A stretch of 64,000 bases of DNA. Source: Squalus acanthias. Its lineage: Eukaryota. Positions 25,678 through 38,690 of the stretch are shown in pieces (within the stretch, counting starts at the first letter, position 1; every line of letters starts with the position of its first letter). The translations under genes were made by a program, and so were the position numbers. The stretch is from the NCBI GenBank assembly GCA_030390025.1, contig CM059431.1, forward strand, positions 108,874,001-108,938,000, given 5' to 3'. The notes beneath the pieces are model-generated. The model saw only the letters and a list, made by a program, of their open reading frames with translations. It did no database searches and had not been told where the DNA came from.

Positions 25678-26224
25678 AGTGTATGAGAGAGATACATTAG
25701 TCTACCCTAACAGCCCATCTCAAATTACCACCAGGCAATAAATGAACAAAGATCAGGTGCCAGAAATAACAGAATCGGAATAAATAGATTTCATTTTTCC
25801 ACCATTGAAACCATTAAATTACAATACTGAGCTAATGATGTAAGCCTTGACTCAGTGGTAGCATTTCTTACTCGTCAGTCAGAAGGTCATGGGATTTGAG
25901 TATACATAAACTGGGCTGACACTTCAGTGCAGTACTGATGAGGAGAAGAATAAAGTTTACTTGCACCCTTAGCAAGTTTGCTAAAGCGGTTAGTTAATGG
26001 TATTACAGATGTTATATTTGCAAGACTGTCAGGATTAGCCTGCAGATGGACTGTGGTTAAAAGCATAAACAACACTCCAAATCCTGGTCAAGAAATGAGC
26101 AGCACAACAGGAGATTTAGCAGTGTTTTAAAAATGATTTAACTTGGAACCAATAGTCTGCATTGATCTGAAAGATTGATACAAACGAACAAGTGCAATGA
26201 GTGTGAGGCCAACCTTTCCATGCT

Positions 26225-26865
26225 TTGGCAGGGAATTCCAGAGCTTAGGGCCTAGGCAACAGAAGGCACGGCCGCCAATGGTGGAGTGATTAAAATCGGG
26301 GATGGGCAAGAGGCCAGAATTGGAGGAGCACAGAGACCTCAGAGGGTTGTGGGGCTGGATGAGGTTACAGAGATAGGGAGGGGTGAGGCCATGGAGGGAT
26401 TTGAAAACAAGGATGAGAATTTAAAAAATCGAGGAGTTGCCGGACCGGGAGCCAATGTAGGTCAGCGAGCACAGGGGGTGATGGAAAAAGGGACTTGGTG
26501 AGAGTTAGGATACGGGCAAAAGAAAAGAAAGACTTGCATTTCACAACCTAAGGATGTCCCAAAGTGCTTTACAGCCAATGAAGTACTTTCTGAAGTGTAG
26601 TCACTGCTGTAATGTAGGAAACGCGGCAGCCAATTTGCGCACAGCAAGCTCCCACAAACAGCAATGTGGTAATGACCAGATAATCTGTTTTTTTTTTAGT
26701 GATGTTGGTTGAGTGATAAATATTGGCCAGGGCAGCTGAGTTTTGAATGAGCTCAAGCTTACAGAGGGTGCACAGGTGGGATGCTGGCCAGGAGAGCATT
26801 GGAATGGTTGAGTCTAGAGATAACAAAGGCATAGATGAGGGTTTCAGTGAAAGATGAGCTGAACA
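26225..26865 (-). mobile_element. L2 fragment interrupted by a DeuSINE 3' part (26519-26730)
   Basis: Reverse complement of the L2 at 3470-4470; continuity GATACGGGCA | GGGCAGCTGAGTTTTG across the SINE. Confidence 0.85.
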
Positions 26866-26882
26866 ATGTTACAACAGGTGAT

Positions 26883-26940
26883 GAGAGATAGAGATAGAGA
26901 GAGAGATAGAGACAGAGAGAGATAGAGAGAGATAGAGATA

Positions 26941-26994
<54 letters not shown>

Positions 26995-26995
26995 T

Positions 26996-27026
<31 letters not shown>

Positions 27027-27108
27027 TAATAGAGAGAGATAGAGAGATAGAGAGAGAAAGATAGTTAGAGATGGAGAGAGAGAGAGAGAGATAGAGAGAA
27101 AGAGAGAA

Positions 27109-27139
<31 letters not shown>

Positions 27140-27154
27140 TAGATAGAGAGAGAT

Positions 27155-27237
<83 letters not shown>

Positions 27238-27627
27238 TAGAGAGAGAGAAAGAGAGATAGGGAGAGAGTGAGAGAGAGATAGACAGATAGAGAGATAGAT
27301 AGAGAGATAGAGAGAGAGAGAAAGGGATAGAGAGAGAGGGATAGAGAGAGAGGGATAGAGAGAGAGGGATAGAAAGAGGGATAGCGAGAGAGAGATAAAT
27401 AGAGAGAGAGAGAGAGAGAGGGATAGAGAGAGAGGGATAGAGAGAGATAGAGAGAGAGAAAGATAGAGAGAGAGAAAGATAGAGATAGAGAGAGAGAGAG
27501 AGATGGAGAGAGATAGAGAGAGATAGAGAAAGATAGAGAGAGAGAGAGAGAGATGGAGAGAGATAGAGAGAGATAGAGAAAGATAGAGAGAGAGAGAGAT
27601 GGAGAGATAGAGATAGAGAGAGATAGA
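26883..27627 (+). repeat. Compound (GA)n/(GAGATA)n microsatellite, ~745 bp
   Basis: Seen directly; explains the spurious SL-repeat ORF 27065-27787. Confidence 0.98.
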
Positions 27628-28629
27628 TTATAATGGATGGCGAAACTGCAATGCCTGGTGGAGGCAGGGGGCCATGTTGAAAATCTACCCTTTCTACATG
27701 ATTTAAAATGATCGCACCTTTATTCGAATGTGCCTGAATTAGCTGAGTTAAATGGTGTATATCGAATTGCTCTGGCTCTTCAAACATCTCAGCTAATTGA
27801 AAGTAAAAGGAGAAACTAGCCCAACTGCTGCTTCAAACTCAGTCACTGTGGATACACTGGTAATAAAAAGTGACATCACTGTCAGCCTGCAACAAAGCGT
27901 TTCCACCTCAGCTTTGATTTATAGATACCCCGGGGGCGGTATATAAAACACTTTGCACCTGCACTTTTCTTTCTTGCCTCTTGGCATCAGTTACAGCTCA
28001 TTACCATACTGATCTCACCTTCTCTTGAAAGGTGACATTATAATATGAGGATTTTTTTTTCCATGAAAATGAATGATGGGTAACAAATGGATCAAAGGTG
28101 TCAGAATAAGCGGAGCTGAGATGACATTAAAGGAATACATTTGTGATAATGTTATCCTGGGAATGAAATAAAGTGAAGACGGTCATTGTGTGTGTGGGGG
28201 GGGGGGGGGGAGCGGAAACTAGAAGAGCGTCAGGCGGATAATTTTCTTCGAACTAAGTGGTTAAAATGTAGAATGCTGACAATTAGATGAATGCTGACAA
28301 TTAGACAAATGCTTTTGAAATGCAAAAACAAGGGCAGGGCTACCCAAAAGCAGCATTCGCAGGTCAATGGAGTTTTTGTTGTAACTTTAAGATAAATATG
28401 TTATCTTGCCACATAATTGGGATAGTGCCAGCTAATCTTTTCGAGTCATTACTTCAGACTCATTTCAAAATGCCGCCATGAAGCAACTTGGTCGAGAAAC
28501 TTAGCAGGCCCGAAATTCCTCAGTGCACAATCCAGCGGTTACACCAAGATCGCACCCACCAGTATCTGCAATGTCAGTGCTGCAGGGGAATGAAAGAGGT
28601 GGGTGCAAACACCACCATGGTTACTTCAG

Positions 28630-29280
28630 AACATAGAAACATAGAAACATAGAAGATAGGAGCAGGAGTAGGCCATTCGGCCTCTCGAGCCTGCTCCGCC
28701 ATTCGATGAGATCATGGCTGATCATCCAAACTCAGTTCCCTGTCCCTGCCTTCTCCCCATATCCCTTGATACCTTTAGCTTTAAGAAATATATCTAACTC
28801 CTTCTTGAATATATTTAATGACTTGGCCTCAGCTACCTTCTGTGGTAGAGAATTCCACAGGTTCACCACTCTCTGGGTGAAGAAATTCTTCCTCGTTTCT
28901 GTCCTAAATGGCTTACCCCTTATCCTTAGATTATGACCCCTGGTTCTGGACTCTCCGACCATCGGGAACATTCTTCCTGCATCTAGTTTGTCCAGACCTG
29001 TCAGAATTTTATATGTTTCGATGAGATTCCCTCTCATTCTTCTATACTCCAGCGAGTATAAGCCCAATCGACCCAATCTCTCCTCATATGTCATTCCTGC
29101 CATCCCAGGTATCAGCCATTGGACCATAGGAACAGGAGTAGGCCATTCAGCTCCTCGAGCCTGCTTCTGCCAGTCAAATCATGCCTGATCTGTACCTCAA
29201 CTCCATTGGCCTGCCTTTGCTCCATATCCTTTGACACCAATACCTAACAAAAAGCTACTCATCTCCATCTTGAAAACTTT
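28630..29280 (-). mobile_element. Two adjacent CR1 3' fragments (28630-29115 and ~29120-29280)
   Basis: (ACATAGAA)3 tail; ORF 28732-29127 is the CR1 ORF2 C-terminus; a second tail starts ~29125. Confidence 0.92.
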
Positions 29281-29389
29281 TGTTGCATTACTGGCATCTG
29301 ACGGGCCCATGTGGGCAGAAGTGTTTGGCCACCAGAGATATGGCGAGACCCAACTGGACCAGGGAAATTTAAGGATTATTTTAAACAGA

Positions 29390-29781
29390 AAGAAGAAAAT
29401 AACATATTGCACCTTTCACGATCTCAGGATGTCCCAAAGCGCTTCACAGCCAATTAAGTATTGTTGAACTGTAGTCACCGTTGTAATATAGGGAAATGCG
29501 GCAGCCAATCTGTGCACAGCAAGATCTCACAAACAACAATGAGATTTATCTGTTTTAGTGATGTTGGTTGATGAATAAATATTGGCCAGAACACCGGGGA
29601 GAACTCCCCATCTCTTCTTTCGATACTGCCATGGGATCTTTTAGGTCTACTGAGAACGTCCCATCTGAAAAACAGCACCCCTTACAGTGCAGCATTCCCT
29701 CAGTACTGCACTGGAGTGCGCTTGAACCCACAACCTTCTGACTCTCAGGTTAAGGTGCTACTACTGAGCCAAGGCTGACAC
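29390..29781 (-). mobile_element. DeuSINE copy
   Basis: Homologous to 23336-23756. Confidence 0.8.
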
Positions 29782-29889
29782 CTAGGGAACTAAATAGAAA
29801 AGTAGACATCAAGATGGTAATCTCTGGATTGCTTCTTGTGCCATGCACCAGCCAGGTTAGAGAGAGTAAGATGAACAAAATCTTTTTGG

Positions 29890-30513
29890 TTGGAGTATAA
29901 AAGCAGGGAAGTCCTGCTACAACTGTACAAGGTATTGGTGAGACCACACCTTGAGTACTGCGTACAGTTTTGGTCTCCTTATTTAAGGAAGGATATACTT
30001 GCATTGGAAGCAGTTCAGAGACGATTCACCCGGTTGATTCCCGAGATGAGGGGGTTGACTTATGAGGAAAGGTTGAGCAGGCTGGGCCTATACTCATTGG
30101 AGTTTAGAAGAATGAGAGGTGATCTTATTGAAACATATAAGATACTGAGGGGGCTCGACAAGGTAGATGCAGAGAGGATGTTTCCCCTCGTGGGGAAATC
30201 TAGAACTCGGGGGCATAGTTTCAGAATAAAGGGTTGCCCTTTTAGAACTGAGATGAGGAGGAATTTCTTCTCTCAGAGGGTCGTAAATCTGTGGAATTCT
30301 CTGCCCCAGAGAGCCGTGGAGGCTGGGTCATTAAATACATTTAAGGTGGAGATAGAGAGATTTTTGCAAGATAAGGCAATGAAGGGTTATGGGGAGCGGG
30401 CAGGGAAGTGGCTTTGAGCCCAAGATCAGCCATGATCTTATTGAATGGTGGAGCAGGCTCAAGGGGCCAAGTGGCCTATTCCTGCTGCTAGTTCTTATGT
30501 TCTTATGTTCTTA
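29890..30513 (+). mobile_element. CR1 LINE 3' fragment with open ORF2 C-terminus (175 aa)
   Basis: LYKVLVRPHLEYCVQFWSP motif; (TTCTTATG)n tail. Confidence 0.95.
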
Positions 30514-31044
30514 AATCAATGTGTGCCTCTAGGGCTGGTGCCTTTGCAGCAGATGAGAAGCAAACAGTAGCTGGCTCCAACAGGGCCTCCGCTGGCCTGA
30601 GACAAGCATCACCTCAGTTTCCAAAGACTCCTGTAGTAATGCATCTGCTAGTCACTTTACACCTTTCTGTCACTGAAGGAGCACTGAGGAGAAGTTGGAG
30701 ATTGAAAGGGCACTCCATTCCAGGCACCAAGGGAAATCATGGTAGGGAAAAAAAAAAGTAGGATGGTACTCAGATCCGCGTTAATTAACAAATTGTCATA
30801 GTGATGGTATATGTCTTTTTTAAGTTAGATGGAGAAATGCCTTGGGCAGTGTTTCAGAAATGACCTTTGCCATCACGGCAGCCATTCAAATGCAATTAAC
30901 ATACCACCGTCATATTTGGGTGGGGGCTTTTGGCTGCAAACCTCGTTAGGGGCTTGAATGTGGCATTACCTTTCACCATCCTACGTCCCTCTTCCAGCTC
31001 GAACTGGGCAGGCAAACAGCCTTAATGTCTGCCACAAAGACAAT

Positions 31045-31185
31045 GAGGTAGATTTTAGCCTTCGCCTTCTGGCCAGTAAGCTGGTGGGTGGATTAATGAA
31101 AATGAAAATCAGGCGGGTTCTACAAAGGCTGGTCGATCCGTCCCGCCAGATTGTCACCCAGGCGGGGAGGATGAAAATCTACCCC
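31045..31185. mobile_element. MITE, PIF/Harbinger-like (141 bp)
   Basis: GAGGTAGATTTT / AAAATCTACCCC termini with AAT on both flanks. Confidence 0.7.
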
Positions 31186-31664
31186 AATCTGTCCACACAG
31201 TCGAGCCAGCAGTTTTGAAGTTGGGGCAGCGGGGTGGGGGGGGGGGGGAGGGGGAGCAACTAAAGTACGAATGAAACATCCTCCTTCATTACATCTAAAA
31301 ATTCACAACGCACGAGTCACTTGAACAACAACGACAAAAATCAACAAACTAGTCGATTGCAAGTTTGCCTCTACATAATAGTGCCAATCATCTGAGGCTG
31401 CATCCCTTGATGAGAGCATGGATCAGCCAATTGAGCGCAGGCGTCAGATGCCTGTGTCACAGCGCTCCCGATTTTCCAGAGCGTCTTCAGCATACGTGTG
31501 CAAGCTGCCCTCATGCTTCTGAATAACATCACCAAGGGGTAGCCTGTAAATGATGAGGAGCGGGCCAAGCATCGAACCGTGAGATAGATCAGAGGTGATC
31601 ATGCGGGCAAGGGGAGACAAAACTTTTTGAGCCCATCAAAGTCACCAAATTACAATCATATACA

Positions 31665-32118
31665 ATGATTTTAGCTATGAGGAGAGATTGGATGGGCTGG
31701 GGTTGTTTTCTTTGGAACAGAGGAGGCTGAGGGGAGACTTGATTGAGGTGTATAAAATGATGAGGGGCCTGGATAGAGTCGATAGGAAGGACCTATTTCC
31801 CCAAGCAGAGAGGTCAATAACCAGGGGACATAGATTTAAAGTAATGGGTAGAAGGATTAGAGGGGAGTTGAGGAGAACTTTTTTTCACCCAGAGGGTGGT
31901 GGGGGTCTGGAACTCACTGCCTGAAAGGGTGGTAGAGGCAGAAATCCTCATCACATTTAAAAAGTACTTGGATATGCACTTGAAGTGCTGCAACCTACAG
32001 GGCTACGGACCAAGAGCTGGAAATTGGGATTAGGCTGGATAGCTCTTTTTCGGCCGACACAGACACGATGGGTTGAATGGCTTCCTTCTGTGCCCTAAAT
32101 TTCTATGATTCTATGATT
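31665..32118 (+). mobile_element. CR1 LINE 3' fragment
   Basis: LGLFSLEQRRLRGDLIEVYK; (TTCTATGA)n tail. Confidence 0.92.
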
Positions 32119-32451
32119 AGACCTTATTACAGCCACCTTATTGAGTTTTACTTATTACATGGACTCTAATGATCAGATTTTGCTATAAACAGGTCAGGCT
32201 TTCTGTGGAATATAACTAACTTAAGTTCATTCCTAATTCTAAAAATCAAAGAGTCCAGTGACTTGTAATAGAAAGTTTTCTAGATCTGGATCAATGCGCA
32301 GACTGTGTGTAAAACATGCAGACTAAGATCGACCTTGCCAAAGCTCGTTTTGATGTGGCCCAGCTGGAAACCTGCATGCTTGAATAACAAACTGAAGCGA
32401 AGCAAAATGTATAGCGCGGGAGCTAGATTTATGGCCACTGCCGTCAAGTAC

Positions 32452-32520
32452 CTTGTATTGTCCTTTCAGCATCTGTTCGTCCAGTGCTGCGGTCAGCTTC
32501 CACCTCTTGGGTCACCGAAT
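32452..32520 (-). CDS. dach1: dach1 penultimate coding exon: (D)SVTQEVEADRSTGRTDAERTIQ
   Basis: 69 nt; tgttag| and AAG|gtactt; phase 1 to 1; matches DACH1 DSLTPEIEADRSGGRTDAERTIQ. Confidence 0.96.
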
Positions 32521-32824
32521 CTAACAATGGGGAAGATCGGAGCATTGAGTTCACTTTTCAAATTGGGCACTTGAACACAATATGTTTTCATCATTTATTT
32601 CATGTTGAGACAGGCAATCATTTGTTATTATTTATTCTTTAAAACCCAGTGAATTTGTACTGCTTTTGTTTCTCCTGCCGTCGACGTTTTAATCAGCCTG
32701 CCCCGCAAACTGAATGCAGAGCGAATAGAGCTGCTGTCAAAGTAACTTTTACGGTGCACTGGCAAGGGCCAAGAGCCCACCTCGTTTCAGGAGATTCAGT
32801 CACAGGTCGTGTTCGTGCTCTTAC

Positions 32825-32968
32825 CGTTCAGGACCCTGAGATTGTCCGCAGAGGCAGCTTGTTTCAACGCCTGCTCTGCTTGTTCTCGTCGCTTGGTCTC
32901 GAATTCAAGTGCTTCCTGCAATTTCCTCTTTGCCTTCTTTTCTTTCTTTAACCGCTTCTGAATTATTG
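32825..32968 (-). CDS. dach1: dach1 coding exon: (A)IIQKRLKKEKKAKRKLQEALEFETKRREQAEQALKQAASADNLRVLN
   Basis: 144 nt; ttccag| and G|gtaaga; phase 1 to 1; follows a 144-nt intron; contains the basic KRLKKEKKAKRK stretch. Confidence 0.98.
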
Positions 32969-33112
32969 CTGGAAGAGGGACACAGTGACAGGTTGGAGTG
33001 AGACCATGTTTTTTTGCAGAAAGACCACGCTTGCTTTCACATTTTATTGCTTTTCTCTCTCTCTCTCTCTATCAGGAGCAGATGCAATGCTTCTTGTCTT
33101 CTAATCACTTAC

Positions 33113-33260
33113 CTCTGTTTTTCTGCTCCACAGCTAGCTGCTTCTCCAAGCTTTCCCTCATCTCCCGCTCCCTGAACAGTTCCATCTTTAACTCTGTCTT
33201 CTCAAGCTGCACCTGCTTTTCCTGGGCCCTGGCGTTGTCGATGGCAACCTTCAGTAGCCC
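33113..33260 (-). CDS. dach1: dach1 coding exon: GLLKVAIDNARAQEKQVQLEKTELKMELFREREMRESLEKQLAVEQKNR (DD2/Dachbox-C coiled coil)
   Basis: 148 nt; gaacag| and G|gtaagt; phase 0 to 1. VAIDNARAQEKQVQLEKTELKM is DACH1-type, not DACH2-type (VALDNARIQEKQIQQEK). Confidence 0.98.
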
Positions 33261-33769
33261 CTGTTCACACCAAACAAATCAGCGAACAACAAAACACCAT
33301 TAGCAAATCATTCAAAAATGCCTGTGTCAGCAACCTAGGTTGAAGGCCAATACAAGGAGACGCAACTAGGATCTTCTTGCACTGACAGCTGTTAGAAGCA
33401 ACAAGAGGAATGAGTTCTGGCAGTTTTACTCTGTTTCCTAGTGGGCTTGAATCCACTCGATAAAATTGAATTGAATCCAACACCAATTTGGTTGTCTTGA
33501 TATTAAAAGACTATAAATTACGGTGCATGAGTGGAAATACCACACCTTTTGTAACAATGTTTTCCCCGGTTTTGAAATGTTAGGGAACACTGAACATTAG
33601 GAAGCTCGCATTGGTATTTATCTGGGCTGTAATTAATTTCATGTCTAGTGGATTCACAGCAGACATTTAGCCACCATTGCACCATGTTTTAATAGGCATC
33701 AAAAATATCCATCTCCGTAGCCACTGCATATAAAATATAATCAATATTCTGGCCCATTCTGCTCTAGAA

Positions 33770-34180
33770 TTTTTCTCTCCTGAAAGCAGTCACTGATGCT
33801 CGGTGCAGTTCCATGCCTCCCAGTACCTCACTCAATTGCCCAATCCTCATGTGTGAGGCTAGACAGTGAGTGCCATTGGGCTATATGGCAGCGTGTTCAG
33901 TGACCTCACAGCTGAACCCAATCTTCTTCTCCCAATGTCCACAAGCACATACAGGAATGTACAGCAGGAATCCCAGGATCGTGATCAGGAGTGGGAAAGT
34001 GGCTTGATTTTTCCGCTTCATTATTCAGAAGACATTGAAGCCAATTGTGGCCCGCCCAAATCCCATCCCCCCACCACCATGGATAGCAAAAGGATAAGCA
34101 CAGGCCAAGAATTGAATCTGGTACCAATTTGGTTGGTATGACTCTGTGGCATATCGTACAGTGCATTTACCCACCGAGCC
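33770..34180 (-). mobile_element. Old tRNA-headed SINE; partial plus-strand relative at ~10545-10810
   Basis: Minus-strand head GGCTCGGTGGGTAAATGCACTG...ATTCAATTC; shared blocks CTCCTGATCA, AGCTGTGA, GCCTTCAG. Confidence 0.5.
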
Positions 34181-34569
34181 TTTTTTTTTTTGCTCAGTGA
34201 AACACCGTCAACTCCAAGTTGCCCTCTAAGTCATAAACCATCCTGACTTGGACATATATTCGCCAGTTCCTTCATTGTCGCTGGGCGAATATCCTGTCAT
34301 TCACTACCCAACACCAATATGGGAGACCCACCACCACAAGGATTGCAGTTGTTCAAGGAGAAGGCCCAACACCAGCTTCTCAGGGCTACTAGGGATGTGC
34401 TATAAATGTCGGCCTTACCATCAACCCCCACATCCCACAATTTTTTTTAAAAATTGCTTCCTTTCAAGAGACTCGACAGCCTTGCGAAGGAGTTGCTCAG
34501 AAAGTTGGGTCATTGGGTGATATTTATGAACCCCGAGATAGGTACTGGGAACACCACGCACACGATGTC

Positions 34570-35132
34570 CCCATAATAAATTTGGCTACTTTTAACGCCC
34601 CAAAAAAGTTAGCACCCCCGCGCCCGAAATTCACTGGTAGCGCCCCAAGAGGGAAGCGCTCCCCCACCCTCCTGGGGCGCTACCAGTGAACGTCACGCCG
34701 CGGTACTGCAGGCCTTCCTCCCCAGCTGGGCCACCAGGGAGCGGGGTGCCAGCAAAAGAGCCCGGCACTCAAGAGGAGTGCCGGGCTGACTGGGGGCGGC
34801 ATAGGAGGCTGGGGACGGCAAAGGCAGGCCGCCAGCAACAAAAATGGCCGCCCAGCACCTCCCCTTTAAATATCGCCGCCCCGGCCGCACATACGCCCCC
34901 CCGACCCTGTTGGACATAGCGTCCGGCGGTAAGTCAGGGCGCGCTACCGAAGTTCCCGGCCGGGGCGTGTGCGGGGCACTGTGCATGGTGATGATGTCAT
35001 CACTGGAGGCGCAGCACCGCGGGGCACTACCGGTTACTGCTGCCGCTAATCTTCTGCTGAATTTCGCGGGAGGCGTTAGCGGCGCCCCTTAGGACGCTAA
35101 CGGGAGGTGCAAAGCAATCGAATTTTGCCCCC
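34570..35132 (+). mobile_element. CpG-rich MITE family A, copy 2
   Basis: Homologous to 22094-22801; right TIR AATTTTGCCCCC, left TIR eroded. Confidence 0.85.
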
Positions 35133-35584
35133 TTGTACTTCAGGTCACATAGCTTGGTGAAAAAACTCTAGCAGAGTATTAAAATTATCTTTTGGGGGCA
35201 GTTAGGCCACCATATATGGGCTGGTATTTTTGATCTGTGTTTGAAATTTTATTTTCTTAAAAAGTCATATTTCAGGTAGATTATAACAAACTCCTGAATA
35301 TGAGAGTTGCTCCAATCAATCAGTGTCACTCATCATTTCCAGTAGGTGGCACTTGCATCACAATAATAATCTCGCCTATGCAAAATAATAACAATCCCCC
35401 TCTGCCATCATGTGAGGCAACTCTGAAAGTATTTTGCATAAACACTGACTAACTGGAGCGACTGCAAAATTAAAAATTGATAGCTAGCAGTGATTACAGC
35501 AGTAATCCGATTGAGGAAATATATATTCAGGGGAAAAAAGTTTGCTGTACGAGTGCTGTAAATAACACAGCAGTAATGAAGTGC

Positions 35585-35980
35585 AGAAAAGGTTAAGGGG
35601 AGATTTGATAGAGGTATTATAAATTTTGGCGGATTTTGATAGAGTAGATGGGGAGAAACTGTTTCCACTGGCAGGAAGGTCGATAACCAGAGGACACAGA
35701 TTTAAGATAATTGGCAAGAAGGAGCCAGAGGGGAGAGGAGATTATTTGTTTTTTTTTAAACGCAGTGAGTTGTTGCGATCTGGAATGCGCTGCCTGAAAG
35801 GGTGGTGGGAGCAGATTCAACAGTAACTTCCAAATGGAATTAGTTATATACTTGAAAAGGAATAATTTGTAGGGCTTTAAGTAAAGAGCAGGGGAGTGGG
35901 ACTAATTGGACAGCTCTTTCAAAGAGCCAGTCTAGGCACGATGGGCTGAATGGCCTCCTTCTGTGCTGCAAGATTCTAAT
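35585..35980 (+). mobile_element. CR1 LINE 3' fragment
   Basis: DRVDGEKLFPLAGRSITRGHRFK; CR1 tail. Confidence 0.88.
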
Positions 35981-36088
35981 AAACGGAGATGAAAAATATC
36001 TACATATTCATGGCTGATCATACCCACTCTGACTGTCACTCATAAGTAATCTGATCAGCAATTGGCCTTGCTTTTGGAAATACTTAAT

Positions 36089-36837
36089 GGCCCGTATTTT
36101 CCGATCGGAGGCTTCCTGCGTGCGGAGGCCTCCGATCTGGAAAAAATCTATGAACTTACCTGAGGGCTCCTGAGGTGCGTATACTTCCGCTCCTGGGCCT
36201 CCCCAACTCGAACTGTGCAGGGCCCATGTATCCCAGGGGCGCATGCAGTTCGCAAGCATTCCTGGGATCACATGGGTCATGGGGAGCCAATAGGAGAAGG
36301 GGATCTCCCTTCATACATTTGACAGATAGACCTGTCAAATATATGAATGGAGATCACCCCAAAAACACAGTAAAACATTAAATATTTTTTTTTTTTGACA
36401 TCACATTTTTAAATGAGTTGAAATTGCAATTTAACTAAATATTTTAAACAAAAGTTTAATTTTTTGAAAAAAATAATTAAAGTTTTTTACGGGGCTAAAA
36501 ATAAACTTACCTTTTTTAAAAGTATTTTTAAATTATAAATGAGTGAAAAGTTTTTTTAAAACTTTTTTCAACTCTTATGCTGGTAAAAGCAGGCCTTACG
36601 CAGGCTTTTACCAGGCGTAAGATTTCTAAGGGTTTTCTGCGGGCGGAGGTTCTCCAGAAAGCGGAACTATCCGCCCGCAGAGGCCCTTCTCCAGGGCAGG
36701 CGTCCGATTTGTCAAGAGCATTCTTGACAGATCGGAAATACCGTTTTTTAGCGCGTGCGCTTCGCATGCCTGAAACCGGCATTTCTGATGTCCCTACGGG
36801 TGTGTACACAGCCCGTAGGCATCAGAAAATACGGCCC
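36089..36837 (+). mobile_element. MITE family B, copy 1 (749 bp; GC-rich arms, AT-rich core)
   Basis: TIRs GGCCCGTATTTTCCGAT / ATCAGAAAATACGGCCC; highly similar to 59995-60713. Confidence 0.9.
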
Positions 36838-36983
36838 ATTGTATTGCACTACTGGCAATGTTATTTCCACTCTTCATCCACGCACGTTTTGCTTTGCAGT
36901 TGACTGTGCGTCAACCATGCTGGTCACTGGCAACTGCTACACCATAGCACCCAGAGTGTATCTCCAGCTGTCACTACACTTAC

Positions 36984-37129
36984 CTGGATATTCGTCAGAA
37001 GAGTTTCTATAGAGGAAAGTCCATCCGGGAAGAGGAGAGGAGTTGGAAAGCCTGGTGGTAGATGCTGGCCAGCCAGTGAAAGCTTCTCAAAACAGTCTCT
37101 TGCGGTTGGAGTGGAGATCAGGACTTCAT
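36984..37129 (-). CDS. dach1: dach1 coding exon (5th from last): (D)EVLISTPTARDCFEKLSLAGQHLPPGFPTPLLFPDGLSSIETLLTNIQ
   Basis: 146 nt; acceptor tgcacag|, donor CAG|gtaagt; phase 1 to 0. Peptide matches vertebrate DACH1 (STPTARD...PPGFP..LFPDGLSSIETLLTNIQ) at the start of DD2. Confidence 0.97.
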
Positions 37130-38357
37130 CTGTGCACAACAGAAATAATAAACGTTTGTCTATTTTGTTAAATTGTAATGATTTCCAAAACAATCAAGGT
37201 TTTAGTTTTCGACAGCGACCAGTTTTTCTGACTGCTGTGTGCTAGACATTAAATCTGGTTAAGCAAAGAAAACAATGTTGGTTTTATAGGCATGAGGTTG
37301 AACTGCCTAGTGCAAAATTAGATGATTCCTCGTTATTCTATCCCATTTACCTGCAGCTGATGTTTTGTTGACTAGTTATTTTTGGCAAATCACAAAACAA
37401 CTAACTCTGTCTTCATATTCCGTTACAATTCTGCAATAACCTTGGTTTCTAATGCTGTAGAATGTGCCCCACTGAAATTTTAGGGTAGATTTCACAGCTC
37501 CAGCTCCAGTTCAAAAATCACATGCAAGCGCATGAATTTCCTTTCTGTCCACTGCATGACAATGGAAGCTCAAGCCTGGAATTACTGCTGTTGATGTTAT
37601 TGTGCGATCGCTGAATGTGTTCCTATCAAGCTCCTCTCTGCTATTGTAATGAGTCTGGCAACTCATTTCAAATAGATGGCTTAACTCCGCCATTAAAATA
37701 GTGGAAAGGGGATTTTGGCACAAACGTTTTAAACGTTCCTATGGCAACATCGCTTACAGCAATTTCCATGTTTAAATGGGCTTTCTACTGCCCCAGAATC
37801 CAATAGCCACTAATTAAAGCAGTAGAAACTAAATAGCTGAATGGCACCCCTTTGAGATTAAAGAATTTTACATCAGTCAATATGAAAGCAACAGAAGACA
37901 ATTGATATGTGATTGCGAATACTGAGATGCAAGTGTGGGTTGGAATGAGTTCTACTTTTCGAAAAATTCCAATACCTTTTAGTTAAAGGATGCTCTTAAG
38001 AGTTGGGTTGAGTATTTGGCCTGATAGTTCAATTGATAAAAGGATGCCCAATCTAGAGGTCAATTCGTTCATGTGCCAATTTTAGCTGCCATCAAAACGT
38101 CACTGGATTAGTTTTGCTTGTCCTTGGCCGGAACTTTGGATCCAACATTAGGTGCAACTGGAGTACTCTACATTGTTTGAAGGTAAAACTAGAAAAATCC
38201 TGTCCCAATCCACAGAAAGAAACGTCCTGTTTGTTGAAGTTGGTGCTGTGATATGTGTTAACCCAACTTTTCAAGAAAAGAGCTGGGAAGTTGGATCATC
38301 AGAAGGAATATAAAAAGGGCCAGTCTGGACTCAGCTAATATAACTTGTGCTATGGAA

Positions 38358-38690
38358 AGAAGAAAAGACCTGCATTTCTACAGCGCCTTTCACGACCACC
38401 AGACGTCCCAAAGCGCTTAACAGCCAATTAAGTACTTTTTTTTTTGAAGTGTAGCCACTGTTGTAATGTAGGAAACGTGGCAGCCAATCTGCACACAGCA
38501 AGCTCCCGCAAACAGCAATGTGATAATGACCAGATAATCTGTTTTTGTTATGTTGATTGAGGGATAAATATTGGCCAGGACACCGGAGATAACTCCCCTG
38601 CTCTTCTTCGAAGTAGTGCCATGGGATCTTTTACGTCCACCTGAGAGAGCAGACAGGGCCTCAGTTTAACGTCTCATCTGAAAGACGGAT
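38358..38690 (-). mobile_element. DeuSINE copy (5' truncated)
   Basis: Reverse complement of 57775-58100. Confidence 0.85.

Noticed and set aside
27065..27787. 240-aa Ser/Leu-rich ORF
   Set aside because: Translation of the (TC)n microsatellite.
32452..37129. Assignment as dach2
   Set aside because: Diagnostic residues and the C-terminus (RTDAERTIQDGR.YLK..VMY) match DACH1.
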